Assembly: GCA_963727505.1 (NCBI GenBank) | Contig: CAVSGP010000006.1 | Span: 64,001-128,000 of the forward strand | Direction: 5' to 3' | Length of the DNA stretch: 64,000 nt | Origin: an uncultured Trueperaceae bacterium | GTDB lineage: Bacteria; Deinococcota; Deinococci; Deinococcales; Trueperaceae | In this document: positions 50,635-60,210 of the stretch, in pieces | Position numbering within the stretch: position 1 is the stretch's first letter | How the letters are laid out: every line of letters starts with the position of its first letter | Program-made: the position numbers and the translations under genes | The notes under the pieces: generated by a model | Told to the model about the DNA's origin: nothing | What the model saw: the letters and a program-made list of their open reading frames with translations, nothing else | Databases searched by the model: none

Positions 50635-51930
50635 GTGAGCGTCGGTCCCGAAACTAATCCAGAAGCTGGTCCCGAAACCGGTCCTGAAACCGGCCGTGGA
50701 ACCGGCCGTGGAGCCGGCCCTGGCGCCGATACCAAAGAGGGCGCCTTCCTGGTCTCGCTGCAGGAGGGTGCCACCACGCTGAGCCGTCACCGGCGCGAGG
50801 TGGTGAGCTTCGACCTGGAGGGGCGGCCGCAGAGCTGGATGACCGAGGGGCGGACCTTCAAGCGCTCGCTGGCCTCGGAGGTGTTCGGCCGCCACACGGT
50901 CGACGGCGTGCGCCGGCGTTGGCGCGTGGAAGAAGACGACGCGGCGAGCCATTTCCGACGGGCCGCCGAGGCGGCGGCGGCAGCGCGCGAAGCGCTCGCC
51001 AGGGGCGGGCTGCGGCGCTCGGACGGGGCTCGGCTCCGCAGCCTCGAAGACGACGAAGCACGCGCGCTCGCCGGCCGCCTGGAGCAGATCCTCGCCTGGA
51101 CGCCCGAGCGCCTGCTGGGCGAGCGCCGGCGCTTCCTGGCCGCCTACCGGCCCGTCAGCATCCTTCCGCCCGACCAGTACGGCTCGGTGGTGCTGCAGGC
51201 CACCTATGGCTGCTCGTGGAACCGCTGCACGTTCTGCACCTTCTACCAGGATCGCCCCTTCCAGGTCCGCGAGCCGGAGGCCTTCGCCGAACACGTCGAC
51301 GCGGTCCGGGCGCTGCTGGGGCGCGCGGCCGAGGCTCGCCGGAGTGTCTTCTTCGGCGACGGCAACGCCCTGGTGCTGTCCAACGCGCGTCTCGAGCCGC
51401 TCATGAAGATCGTGCGCGCCGCCTTCCCGGGTCGGAAGCTGAGCAGCTTCGTCGATGTCTTCGGGGGCGAGCGCAAGCCTGCCAGCGCCTGGCGCGACCT
51501 CGCTGCGCAGGGGCTCGAGCGCGTGGCGATCGGCCTGGAGACCGGCTCCGATGCGCTGCTGGCCTACCTCAACAAGCCGGGCGGCGCCGACGAGGCGGCC
51601 GCCTTCATCGCTACCCTCAAGCAGGCGGGTCTGGCGGTCTCGGTCATCGTCATGGTCGGTGCCGGTGGCGCGCGCTTCGCCGAGGTGCACGAGCGCGAGA
51701 CCGCGGCCCTGTTGAGCCGCCTGCCGCTCGAGGCCGGCGACCTGGTTTACCTTTCGCCCTTCGTCATGCAACCCGGCTCGGCCTACGCGGCGCGCGCGGC
51801 CGCCGATGGCCTGCGGCCGCTTTCGGCTGCCGAGCGTGCCCTACAGTACGAGCGCTTGCGCGCCGCGGCGCGACGCGCCGTACCGGAAGCGCGGGTGGCG
51901 CTCTACCACATCGACGAGTTCGTGTACTGA
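50635..51930 (+). CDS. Radical SAM protein of unknown function with an extra N-terminal domain
   Basis: CxxxCxxC in GCSWNRCTFC; FFGDGNAL, IGLETGSD. Confidence 0.88.
   Translation: MSVGPETNPEAGPETGPETGRGTGRGAGPGADTKEGAFLVSLQEGATTLSRHRREVVSFDLEGRPQSWMTEGRTFKRSLASEVFGRHTVDGVRRRWRVEEDDAASHFRRAAEAAAAAREALARGGLRRSDGARLRSLEDDEARALAGRLEQILAWTPERLLGERRRFLAAYRPVSILPPDQYGSVVLQATYGCSWNRCTFCTFYQDRPFQVREPEAFAEHVDAVRALLGRAAEARRSVFFGDGNALVLSNARLEPLMKIVRAAFPGRKLSSFVDVFGGERKPASAWRDLAAQGLERVAIGLETGSDALLAYLNKPGGADEAAAFIATLKQAGLAVSVIVMVGAGGARFAEVHERETAALLSRLPLEAGDLVYLSPFVMQPGSAYAARAAADGLRPLSAAERALQYERLRAAARRAVPEARVALYHIDEFVY
50644..50727 (+). repeat. Degenerate 12-bp tandem repeat x7 (GPET/GRGT) at the radical SAM N-terminus
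   Basis: ggtcccgaaact, aatccagaagct, ggtcccgaaacc, ggtcctgaaacc, ggccgtggaacc, ggccgtggagcc, ggccctggcgcc. Confidence 0.8.
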
Positions 51931-52041
51931 TCGGGACGCTGGACGTGCCAGGGAGGCGCCGCCCAGCCGGGCGGCTCGGCCTGGCTGCGAGCGCGAGGGC
52001 GGGCGCTGCCAGGGCGTGCTTCCCCTCGCGTAGACTGGCCC

Positions 52042-53232
52042 ATGGACTGGATCGAGACGGCGCAGGCCGCCCTCCTGGAGGCCGGCCTGGACGCCTGGCT
52101 CCTCTACGACTTCCGTGGCGCGAACCCCACCGCTCGCGCGCGCATCGCGCCGCTTCTGGACGGCGGCGTCGCCTCCAGACGGGTGTTCCTGCTGGTGCCC
52201 GTAGAGGGCGAGCCGGTGTTGCTGGTGCACGCCATCGAGCGCGGTTCCGTCCCGCCGCTGCCCTTCGAGGTGCGAGCCTACAGCAGCCGCGACAGCCTGG
52301 AGCGCGCCCTGCGCGCGTTGTTGGCGGGGCGCACGCGGGTGGCGATGGAGTACTCTCCCGGCGGCGACAATCCCTACATCGGCACCGTCGATGCCGGCAC
52401 CGTGGAGATGGTGCGGTCGCTGGGCGTCGACGTTCGTTCCTCCGGCGAGATCGCGCAGGCCCTCGAGGTCTGGACGCCCCGCCAGATCGAGGCTCACCTG
52501 GAGGCCGCCGAGGCGGTGCTGGCGGCCAAGGACCGCGCGTTCGGGTTCCTGGGCGAGCGCCTCGCGCTCGGCGCCGAGGTGCACGAGACCGAGGTCCAGC
52601 GGCTCATCGCGGAGTTCTTCGAGGCGCGCGGGATGGTGTTCGACCACCCGCCGAACGTGAGCTTCGGGGCTCACGCCGGCGATCCGCACTACGTGCCGCG
52701 GCCCGGCCAGGACGCCGTGGTGCGAGCCGGTGACGTCGTGCTGATCGATCTGTGGGCCAGGCTCGACGAGGAAGGCGCGCCCTACGCCGACGTCACCTGG
52801 ATGGGGGTGTGCGGCGAGCCCACCGCGGAGCTCACGAAGGCGTTCGCCGCCGTCGTCGAGGCCCGCGACGCGGCCTTCCGCGCCATCGCGGAGGCCTACG
52901 CGGCCGGGCGTCCGCCCGAGGGAGGCTCCATCGACCGGGTGGCGCGTGACCTGCTGGCGGCGCGTGGCTACGGCGACGACGTCTTCATCCACCGCACCGG
53001 ACACAGCCTTGGCTCGCGGCACACCCACGGCGACGCGGCGCACCTCGATGACTTCGAGACGCGCGAGCGACGGCGCCTGGTCCCCGGCCTGGGCATCACC
53101 ATCGAGCCCGGCGTGTACTTCCCGCACTTCGGCGTGCGCAGCGAGATCGACGTGCTGCTCGACGCCGACGGTCCGCGGGCCACGACCGACCTGCAGGGTG
53201 AGCTGGAGCGGTTGCCGGCGCCGCCGATCTGA
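52042..53232 (+). CDS. M24 family (Xaa-Pro) aminopeptidase
   Basis: PHY, LIDLW..YADVT, HRTGHSLG, TIEPGVY, GVRSE. Confidence 0.9.
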   Translation: MDWIETAQAALLEAGLDAWLLYDFRGANPTARARIAPLLDGGVASRRVFLLVPVEGEPVLLVHAIERGSVPPLPFEVRAYSSRDSLERALRALLAGRTRVAMEYSPGGDNPYIGTVDAGTVEMVRSLGVDVRSSGEIAQALEVWTPRQIEAHLEAAEAVLAAKDRAFGFLGERLALGAEVHETEVQRLIAEFFEARGMVFDHPPNVSFGAHAGDPHYVPRPGQDAVVRAGDVVLIDLWARLDEEGAPYADVTWMGVCGEPTAELTKAFAAVVEARDAAFRAIAEAYAAGRPPEGGSIDRVARDLLAARGYGDDVFIHRTGHSLGSRHTHGDAAHLDDFETRERRRLVPGLGITIEPGVYFPHFGVRSEIDVLLDADGPRATTDLQGELERLPAPPI

Positions 53233-53254
53233 CGACCGGTAGGAGGGAGCCACC

Positions 53255-53623
53255 ATGGGACGGGTCATCCACTTCGAGATCCCGGCGCAGGACATGGAGC
53301 GCGCGGGGAGGTTCTACCGGGAGGCGCTCGGCTGGACGGTCACGGGCTGGGAGGGCCCGGTGGAGTACTTGCTGGTGGGCACGGGCACCGGGGAGACGCC
53401 GGGCATCGACGGCGGCATCCTCCGCGCCAACGATCTCGTCCAAGGCGTCGTCAACACCGCTTCCGTGGACGATCTGGACGCAGCGCTGGAGCGCGTGAAG
53501 GCGGCTGGCGGCACGGTGGAGCGGGGGCGCCAGCCGGTCCCCGGCGTGGGGCATATGGCGTACTGCCGCGATACCGAGGGGAACCTCTTCGGGTTGATGC
53601 AGGAGGACGCCGAGGCCCGCTGA
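53255..53623 (+). CDS. VOC/glyoxalase family protein
   Basis: VIHFEIPA..RA..FY..LGW; G.MAY..DTEGN.FGL. Confidence 0.88.
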   Translation: MGRVIHFEIPAQDMERAGRFYREALGWTVTGWEGPVEYLLVGTGTGETPGIDGGILRANDLVQGVVNTASVDDLDAALERVKAAGGTVERGRQPVPGVGHMAYCRDTEGNLFGLMQEDAEAR

Positions 53624-53757
53624 GCCGCGTGCTGCGGATGGGGGTGTGCGGTGGCGGTCCGGGCCGAGGGCTCTTCCGTCCGCCACGGCGGGGGCCGTGT
53701 GTCTACGTGGCCGGCGAGGCTCGCCGGCCAGCGACCACGGAAGGGTAGAGTGGGGCA

Positions 53758-55056
53758 ATGTTTGTACCGAGTCCAAGAAACGTGGCGGTGGTGGAGGGGA
53801 GCCGACTCCCCTTCCTGCGCGCAGGCGGCGGCTACGCCCGGCTGATCGCCTACGACCTGGCGCGCATGGCGATCGCCGGCATGATGGAGCGCGCCGCGCT
53901 CGACGCGACCGGGCTCGACGCCGTCATCCTTGGATCGGTGGTGCAGAATCCGGCCACCAGCAACGTGGCGCGCGACGCCGCGCTGGCGGCCGGGGTGAGC
54001 GAGCGCACGCCCGCCCACACCGTCACGGTGGCCTGCATCTCCGCCAACCGCGCCATCGCGGACGCCGCCACGCTGATCGCCACCGGACAGGCGGACGCCG
54101 TGCTGGCCGGCGGCGTGGAGATGCTGGGTGACGTGCCCATCGGCTTCACGCGCGAGGTGCGCCGCCGTTTCTTCGAGACCCGCAAGTACCGCGGCCCGCT
54201 CGACTGGCGCCGCTTCTTCGCCGGGCTCAAGCTCGCCGAGCTGATGCCCCGGCCGCCCGCGATCGCCGAGTACAGCACCGGCGAGACCATGGGCCGCAGC
54301 GCCGATCGTCTCGCCGCGGCCTTCGGGGTGACGCGCGAGGACCAGGACGCCTACGCCCTGCGCTCCCACCAGGGCGCCGCGCGCGCCCGGCGCGAGGGCT
54401 GGCTGGCCACGGAGATCACGCCGGTCACGGCGCCGGTGCGCTTCGACGCGCTGGTGCACGACGACGGGATCCGCGAGGACACCTCCGCCGATCGCCTGGC
54501 CGCGCTGAAGCCCGCCTTCGTCAAGCCCTTCGGTACGGTCACCGCGGGCAACAGCAGCCCGTTGACCGACGGCGCGGCCGTGACGCTCCTGATGAGCGAG
54601 GAGCGCGCGCGGGCCGAGGGGCGGCCGGTGCGCGCGCGCGTACGCGACTTCACGTTCGTCGCGCAGGATCCCGGCGACGAGCTGCTGCTCGGCCCCGCCT
54701 ACGCCGTGCCCAGGCTGCTGGAGCGCAACGGCCTGAGCTGGGCCGACCTGGACGTCATCGAGATCCACGAGGCGTTCGCCGGCCAGGTGCTGGCCGTGCT
54801 GGCGGCGCTCGAATCCGATGCCTTCGCGCGTGACAAGCTCGGCCGCGAGGCGCGCGTGGCGAACATCGATCTGGACCGCATCAACCCGTGGGGCGGGTCG
54901 GTCTCGCTGGGGCACCCTTTCGGCGCCACCGGCTCGCGGCTGGTCAACACCGCCGTGCACCGGCTCGAGCACGAGGGCGGCCGCATGGCCCTGGTGACCG
55001 CTTGCGCCGCCGGCGGGCAGGGCCACGCCATGTTGCTGGAACGGGGGGACGCATGA
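53758..55056 (+). CDS. fadI: 3-ketoacyl-CoA thiolase (FadI / trifunctional enzyme beta type)
   Basis: TVTVACISAN, TAGNSSPLTDGAA, HEAFAGQ, GHPFGATG, ACAAGG. Confidence 0.88.
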   Translation: MFVPSPRNVAVVEGSRLPFLRAGGGYARLIAYDLARMAIAGMMERAALDATGLDAVILGSVVQNPATSNVARDAALAAGVSERTPAHTVTVACISANRAIADAATLIATGQADAVLAGGVEMLGDVPIGFTREVRRRFFETRKYRGPLDWRRFFAGLKLAELMPRPPAIAEYSTGETMGRSADRLAAAFGVTREDQDAYALRSHQGAARARREGWLATEITPVTAPVRFDALVHDDGIREDTSADRLAALKPAFVKPFGTVTAGNSSPLTDGAAVTLLMSEERARAEGRPVRARVRDFTFVAQDPGDELLLGPAYAVPRLLERNGLSWADLDVIEIHEAFAGQVLAVLAALESDAFARDKLGREARVANIDLDRINPWGGSVSLGHPFGATGSRLVNTAVHRLEHEGGRMALVTACAAGGQGHAMLLERGDA

Positions 55057-55084
55057 GTCCGTGCGCGCGTCCGGGGATGGCGTC

Positions 55085-57304
55085 GTGAGCCGCGTCGAGC
55101 TCGAACGTCGCGGCGACGTGGCGATCGTCTGGCTGGACCCCGAGGGCGCCCCTGTCAACACGCTGAGCACCGCGCTGCTCGAGCGTTTCGGGGAGGTCCT
55201 CGACGAGATCGAGCGTGACGACGGGGTGCGGGCGGGCGTGATCGCCAGCCGCGCGCCCGGCTCCTTCCTGGCCGGCGCCGACATCCGGGAGTTCCTGCGC
55301 TTCGCCGGTCCCGACGAGGTGCGCGCGATCATCGGCAAGGGGCACGCCCTGCTGGCGCGTCTCGAGGCCGCCCGGACGCCGGTGGTCGCTGCGGTCCATG
55401 GCGCCTGCATGGGGGGCGGGCTCGAGCTTGCGCTGGCCTGTCGCGCCATCCTCGCCAGCGATCACGCCGACACGCGCTTCGCGCTACCGGAGGTGCGCCT
55501 GGGGCTGCTGCCCGGTCTGGGCGGCACGCAGCGTCTGCCACGCCGCGTCGGCCTGCCGGTTGCGCTCGACATGGCGCTGACCGGCCGCAGCGTGTACGCG
55601 CGTCGCGCGCGACGCATGGGCCTCGTGGACGCGACCGCGCCGCGCGAGGGGCTTCTCGCCGCTGCGCTGCAGGCGGCCCGCGGGCTCGCAGGCGGCACGT
55701 GGACGCGGCCGACGCGCCGGCGCCGGCCGGTAGAGCGGCTGCAGGAGACCGCTCTGGCGCGCCCCCTGGTCTGGCGCAGCGCGCAGCGCAGCGTGGCGAA
55801 GGCGTCCGGCGGCCACTTCCCGGCGCCGCCGCGCATCCTCGGGGCGATCCGTGCCGGCGTCGAGCGCGGCCCCGCGGCGGGCTTGGAGGCCGAGGCCCGC
55901 GCGTTCTCCGAGTTGCTGTTCACGCCCGAGGCGCGCGCCCTCATCCACCTGTTCTTCGCGCAGTCTGCCGCCCGCAAGAATCCCTTCCGGGAGATCGCCG
56001 CGCCGAGGCCGGTCGAGCGCCTCGCGGTGATCGGGGCGGGCCTGATGGGTGCGGGCATCGCCCAGGTCAGCGCGCAGCGCGGCCTGCGCGTGCTCCTCAA
56101 GGACCGCGCGCTGGAGCTGGCGGCGAAGGGCAAGGGCAGCATCTACCGCGGCTTGTCGCGGCGCGTGGGCAAGGGGGTCACTCCCTTCGAGCGCGACCAG
56201 GCGGTCGAGCGGGTGGTGCTGGTGGACGACGATGCCGCGCTGGCAGGCGTCCAGCTCACCATCGAGGCGGTGCTGGAGGACGTCGAGCTCAAGCGTGAGG
56301 TGCTGCGCGCGGTCGAGGCCGCCACCGTCTCGGATCCCGCGGCGCCCCCCGTCTATGCCAGCAACACCTCGGCGATCCCCATCGCGCGGCTGGCGGAGGC
56401 CGCGGCGCATCCGGAGGCCGTGGTGGGGATGCACTACTTCTCGCCCGTACCGCGCATGCCGCTCTTGGAGGTCGTCGTCACCGACGCCACCGCCGACTGG
56501 GCGGCGTCCACGGCGGTGCAGGTCGGACTCGACCAGGGCAAGACGGTCATCACGGTCGGTGACGGACCGGGCTTCTACACCACGCGGGTGCTGTCGCGCT
56601 ACATGGCCGAGGCCATGGCCTTCCTCCAGGAGGGCGCCGATGTCACGCTGATCGACGCCGCCATGCGCCACTTCGGCTTCCCGATGGGCCCGTTCGAGCT
56701 GCTCGACGAGCTCGGCATCGACGTGGGCGCCAAGATCCAGGTGGTGCTGCAAGGCGCCTTCGCCGGCAGGGAGGTGCCTGCCGACGACATCCTGCAGCGG
56801 CTGGTCGCCGCTGGCTACCGGGGGCGCAAGGTCGGCAAGGGCTTCTACCGTATCCAGCGCGGCAAGCGCACCCACGAGGTCGACCGAGGCGTGTACGCCG
56901 CGGCGGGGCTCGGCGCGCGCCGCTCGGTGCCCCAGGCCGACGTGGTCGAGCGGCTGTCGCTGGCGATGCTGGACGAGGCGGTGCGCTGCCTGGACGAGGG
57001 CGTGCTGCGCTCGCCGGTCGACGGCGACGTCGGCGCGGTCTTCGGGTTCGCCTACCCGCCATTCCTGGGCGGTCCCTTCTTCCACGCCGATGCCGTCGGC
57101 GCCGCGGCGCTGGTGGAGCGCCTGGGCGCGCTCGAGGGCCGCTACGGCAAGCGCTTCGCGCCCGCCGACGGGCTCGTGCGGCGCGCGGGCAGCGGCGAGC
57201 GCTTCCACGCGGCCCCGAGCACTTACGCGAGCACCGACGCGAGCACCGACGCGAGCACCGACGCGAACGCGCCTGGGGGCGGCTCGGAGAGGGGCACGGG
57301 CTGA
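55085..57304 (+). CDS. fadJ: Fatty acid oxidation complex alpha subunit (enoyl-CoA hydratase / 3-hydroxyacyl-CoA dehydrogenase)
   Basis: AGADI, GGGLELALAC, PEVRLGLLPG, GAGLMGAGI, ASNTS, GMHYFSP, GFPMGP, PPFLGGPF. Confidence 0.9.
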   Translation: MSRVELERRGDVAIVWLDPEGAPVNTLSTALLERFGEVLDEIERDDGVRAGVIASRAPGSFLAGADIREFLRFAGPDEVRAIIGKGHALLARLEAARTPVVAAVHGACMGGGLELALACRAILASDHADTRFALPEVRLGLLPGLGGTQRLPRRVGLPVALDMALTGRSVYARRARRMGLVDATAPREGLLAAALQAARGLAGGTWTRPTRRRRPVERLQETALARPLVWRSAQRSVAKASGGHFPAPPRILGAIRAGVERGPAAGLEAEARAFSELLFTPEARALIHLFFAQSAARKNPFREIAAPRPVERLAVIGAGLMGAGIAQVSAQRGLRVLLKDRALELAAKGKGSIYRGLSRRVGKGVTPFERDQAVERVVLVDDDAALAGVQLTIEAVLEDVELKREVLRAVEAATVSDPAAPPVYASNTSAIPIARLAEAAAHPEAVVGMHYFSPVPRMPLLEVVVTDATADWAASTAVQVGLDQGKTVITVGDGPGFYTTRVLSRYMAEAMAFLQEGADVTLIDAAMRHFGFPMGPFELLDELGIDVGAKIQVVLQGAFAGREVPADDILQRLVAAGYRGRKVGKGFYRIQRGKRTHEVDRGVYAAAGLGARRSVPQADVVERLSLAMLDEAVRCLDEGVLRSPVDGDVGAVFGFAYPPFLGGPFFHADAVGAAALVERLGALEGRYGKRFAPADGLVRRAGSGERFHAAPSTYASTDASTDASTDANAPGGGSERGTG
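57217..57264 (+). repeat. 12-bp tandem repeat x4 encoding (STDA)n
   Basis: gagcaccgacgc x3 exact plus one variant, at the fadJ C-terminus. Confidence 0.88.
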
Positions 57305-57382
57305 GGCTCGCCGGCCGGCCACGGTTGGAACAGCGGAAGCGGCGTCGCACGCGGCGCCTTCGAACACCGGGCCAGGAGGCGC

Positions 57383-58144
57383 ATGCTCGTCTACCTCGAC
57401 CAGAACTACGCCTCACGCGTCGCCAAGTATCTCCTGGGGCAGAAGGGCCACGAGCCCTTCGGTGAGTTGTACCGGGTGCTGCACGCGGCGCGAGCGCGTC
57501 CCCCGCGCCTGCGGCCACGCATCCCGCCGAGCTCCTTCCACGTCCTGGAGACCCGTGGCGGCTACTTGCTGCCGGTCCTGAAGGACCTCTACGCCGAGTT
57601 CTCCGACGGCCTGTGGGTGCGGCCCTGGCAGGAGGTGGTGGCGCGACAGGCGCGGCGCCTCGACGCGCGCTCCGAAGGCCGGGGTTCCGGCGCCGGGCTC
57701 GACCGGCGCGACCTTCTGCACACGCGGGCCGACTGGGAGACGCCGGCGGACCTGCGCTCGCTCCGTGACCTGCTCGAGGAGCCGCTGTCGGGAGGCTTCT
57801 TCGACCGCTGCCAACGCCTTCGCGCCACGCTGGCGGCCGGCCTGGGGATCACCCCCGCGATGGCCCGGGCGCTCCCCTTCGTACAGCTGCTCGTGCGCAT
57901 GGTGGCGTTCCGCTCGCTCGACCGGGACCGGGACCCGCGGCCCAGCGACCTGACCGACCTGATCATGGCGGCCACGGTCGGCCCCTACGTCGACGTGCTC
58001 GCGACCGATCGTTACCTGCGTGAGACCCTGCAGCGCGTGGGCTACCGCACGCCGGTGTTCTCGGGGCGGCGCCACGAGGTGTTGCGCCTGTCCGCCCTGG
58101 TGGAGAACGGTGCGCTGCGGCCGGACCGTCACCTTTCGGCCTAG
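57383..58144 (+). CDS. Hypothetical protein with PIN-like acidic motifs
   Basis: SD AGGAGG; LVYLDQN, SSFHVLE, SDLTD..YVDVLATD. Confidence 0.7.
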   Translation: MLVYLDQNYASRVAKYLLGQKGHEPFGELYRVLHAARARPPRLRPRIPPSSFHVLETRGGYLLPVLKDLYAEFSDGLWVRPWQEVVARQARRLDARSEGRGSGAGLDRRDLLHTRADWETPADLRSLRDLLEEPLSGGFFDRCQRLRATLAAGLGITPAMARALPFVQLLVRMVAFRSLDRDRDPRPSDLTDLIMAATVGPYVDVLATDRYLRETLQRVGYRTPVFSGRRHEVLRLSALVENGALRPDRHLSA

Positions 58145-58156
58145 GAGGCCCCGCGC

Positions 58157-58831
58157 CTAGGGGTCCGCGCGCTCGCGCTCGGCCCGCTCACGGTCCGCGG
58201 CCGCAGCCAGCGACTCCCGCACCTCGGCGTCGGAGGTCTGCGGGAAGTCGCGGTACCAGCGACCGACGGCCAGGAAGTCGTCGGGTGTGCCCAGGCAGAC
58301 CACCTCGTCGGCCTCGCGGCGCAGTGCCTCCGCCGCTTCGGGCGCGGCCACCGGCGTCGCGACCACCACCCGCGCGGGCGGACCGTTGCGGAGCGCAGCG
58401 ACCGCCGAGCGCATGGTGGCGCCGGTCGCGATGCCGTCGTCGACCAGTACGACGGTCTTGCCTCGGAGATCGGGAGTGGGGCGCTCACCGCGGAACAGGC
58501 GCTCGCGGCGGGCCAGTTCGGCGCGCTCCTCGCGCTCGACGCGCTCGATGGCGTCGTCATCGAGGCCCAGGTCGCGCACGATGGAAGCGTTCAACACGCG
58601 CGCGCCCCCGCTGGCAAGCGCGCCCATCGCCAGCTCCTCGTGGCCCGGGACGCCGAGCTTGCGGACCACCAGCACGTCGAGGGGGGCGCGCAGCGCGCGG
58701 GCGACCTCGGCCGCCACCGGCACGCCGCCGCGAGGCAGCCCCAGCACGATGACGTCGGCGCGACCGGCGTAGGCGCCGAGTTGCCGGGCGAGCTCCCTGC
58801 CGGCGTCGCGGCGGTCGTCGAACGGCATCAT
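58157..58831 (-). CDS. Phosphoribosyltransferase-like protein
   Basis: F.DRRDAGR.LA, LGLPRGGVPVA, VRKLG.P..EELAMGA, VLVDDGIATGAT. Confidence 0.9.
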   Translation of the reverse strand: MMPFDDRRDAGRELARQLGAYAGRADVIVLGLPRGGVPVAAEVARALRAPLDVLVVRKLGVPGHEELAMGALASGGARVLNASIVRDLGLDDDAIERVEREERAELARRERLFRGERPTPDLRGKTVVLVDDGIATGATMRSAVAALRNGPPARVVVATPVAAPEAAEALRREADEVVCLGTPDDFLAVGRWYRDFPQTSDAEVRESLAAAADRERAERERADP

Positions 58832-58994
58832 GGATCAACCCCCGTCCCGGGTGCGAGGTTCAGGGGCGGGCCGCGTGCCGCGATGCCCACGCGAGGCCCG
58901 GCCCGGGGACACGGATGTCTCCTCCGCCCCCAGTGAAGCACACGCCGGGCCCCGGCGCGTCCCCAGAAGTCCGACAGGTAAGCGGGGCCGGACG

Positions 58995-60209
58995 TCAGTC
59001 CGCCAGGTGGCCCAACTTCGCGATCTTGGTGTCGAGGTAGCGCTCGTTGTAGGGGTTCTGGCCGGCGTGGAGCGGCACCCGCTCGACGATCTCCATGCCG
59101 TAGCCTTGCAGCGCTGCCACCTTGCGGGGGTTGTTGGTCAACAGCCGCAACTTCCGGACCCCCAGGTCGGCGAGGATCTGCGCGCCGATGCCGTAATCCC
59201 GAAGGTCGGCGGCGAAGCCGAGCCGCTCGTTGGCCTCGACCGTGTCGGCTCCCTCGTCCTGTAGGCGGTAGGCGCGGATCTTGTTGAGCAGGCCGATGCC
59301 GCGCCCCTCCTGGCGGAGGTAGACCAGCACCCCCCGGCCGGCGTCGGCGATCGCTTTGAGCGCGGCGTCGCGCTGTGAGCCGCAGTCGCAGCGCAGGCTG
59401 TGCAGGGCGTCGCCGGTCAGGCACTCCGAGTGCATGCGCACCAGCGCCGGCTCGTCGGTCGACACGTCGCCCAGGACCATGGCGACGTGCTCGTTGTCGT
59501 TGAGCTCGTCCTTGTAGCCCACCACCGTGAACTCGGCCCAGGGCGTGGGCAGGCGGGCGCTGTCGACCCGCCGCACGAACACCCCCTTGCGCAGCCGGTA
59601 GGCGATGAGGTCTGTGATGGCACCTACCTTCAGGCCGTGCTCCGCTGCGAAGTCACGGATAGCGGGCAGCCGCATCATCGAGCCATCGTCGTGCATCAGC
59701 TCCGAAAGCGCGGCCGCCGGCTTCATCCCGGCCAGCACGCACAGGTCGACGGCGGCCTCGGTGTGGCCCGCGCGCCTGAGCACGCCGCCCGGGCGCGCCC
59801 GCAGCGGGAACACGTGACCCGGGCGCGCCAGGTCGTTGGCGCCGACGCCGTTGCGGATCGCCGCCTGGATGGTGGTGGCGCGGTCCTTGGCGCTGATGCC
59901 CGTGGTGACGCCCTCCTTGGCCTCGATCGAGACGGTGAAGGCCGTGCCGCGGCTCGCCGTGTTGTGGGCCACCATCGGCGGCAGATCGAGTCGGTCGGCC
60001 TGCTGGTCGGTCAGTGCCAGGCACACTACGCCTCCGGTGTAGCGGATGACGAAGGCGAGGTTGTCGGCCGTCACCCGCTCGGCCGCGATGATGAGGTCCC
60101 CCTCGTTCTCGCGGTCCTCGTCGTCGACCAGGATCACCGGCCGTCCGGCGCGGAGCTCCTCGATCAGCTCCTCGACGGGAGCCAGCTCGGTACGGGGTTC
60201 GCGTTCCAT
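58995..60209 (-). CDS. ribBA: Bifunctional DHBP synthase / GTP cyclohydrolase II
   Basis: [61 protein letters not shown]. Confidence 0.96.
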   Translation of the reverse strand: MEREPRTELAPVEELIEELRAGRPVILVDDEDRENEGDLIIAAERVTADNLAFVIRYTGGVVCLALTDQQADRLDLPPMVAHNTASRGTAFTVSIEAKEGVTTGISAKDRATTIQAAIRNGVGANDLARPGHVFPLRARPGGVLRRAGHTEAAVDLCVLAGMKPAAALSELMHDDGSMMRLPAIRDFAAEHGLKVGAITDLIAYRLRKGVFVRRVDSARLPTPWAEFTVVGYKDELNDNEHVAMVLGDVSTDEPALVRMHSECLTGDALHSLRCDCGSQRDAALKAIADAGRGVLVYLRQEGRGIGLLNKIRAYRLQDEGADTVEANERLGFAADLRDYGIGAQILADLGVRKLRLLTNNPRKVAALQGYGMEIVERVPLHAGQNPYNERYLDTKIAKLGHLAD

Positions 60210-60210
60210 G

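Noticed and set aside
58860..58905. Possible ribH remnant (frame reading GPRVGIAAR)
   Set aside because: Too short and out of frame with the nearby SD-GTG; the similarity could be chance.
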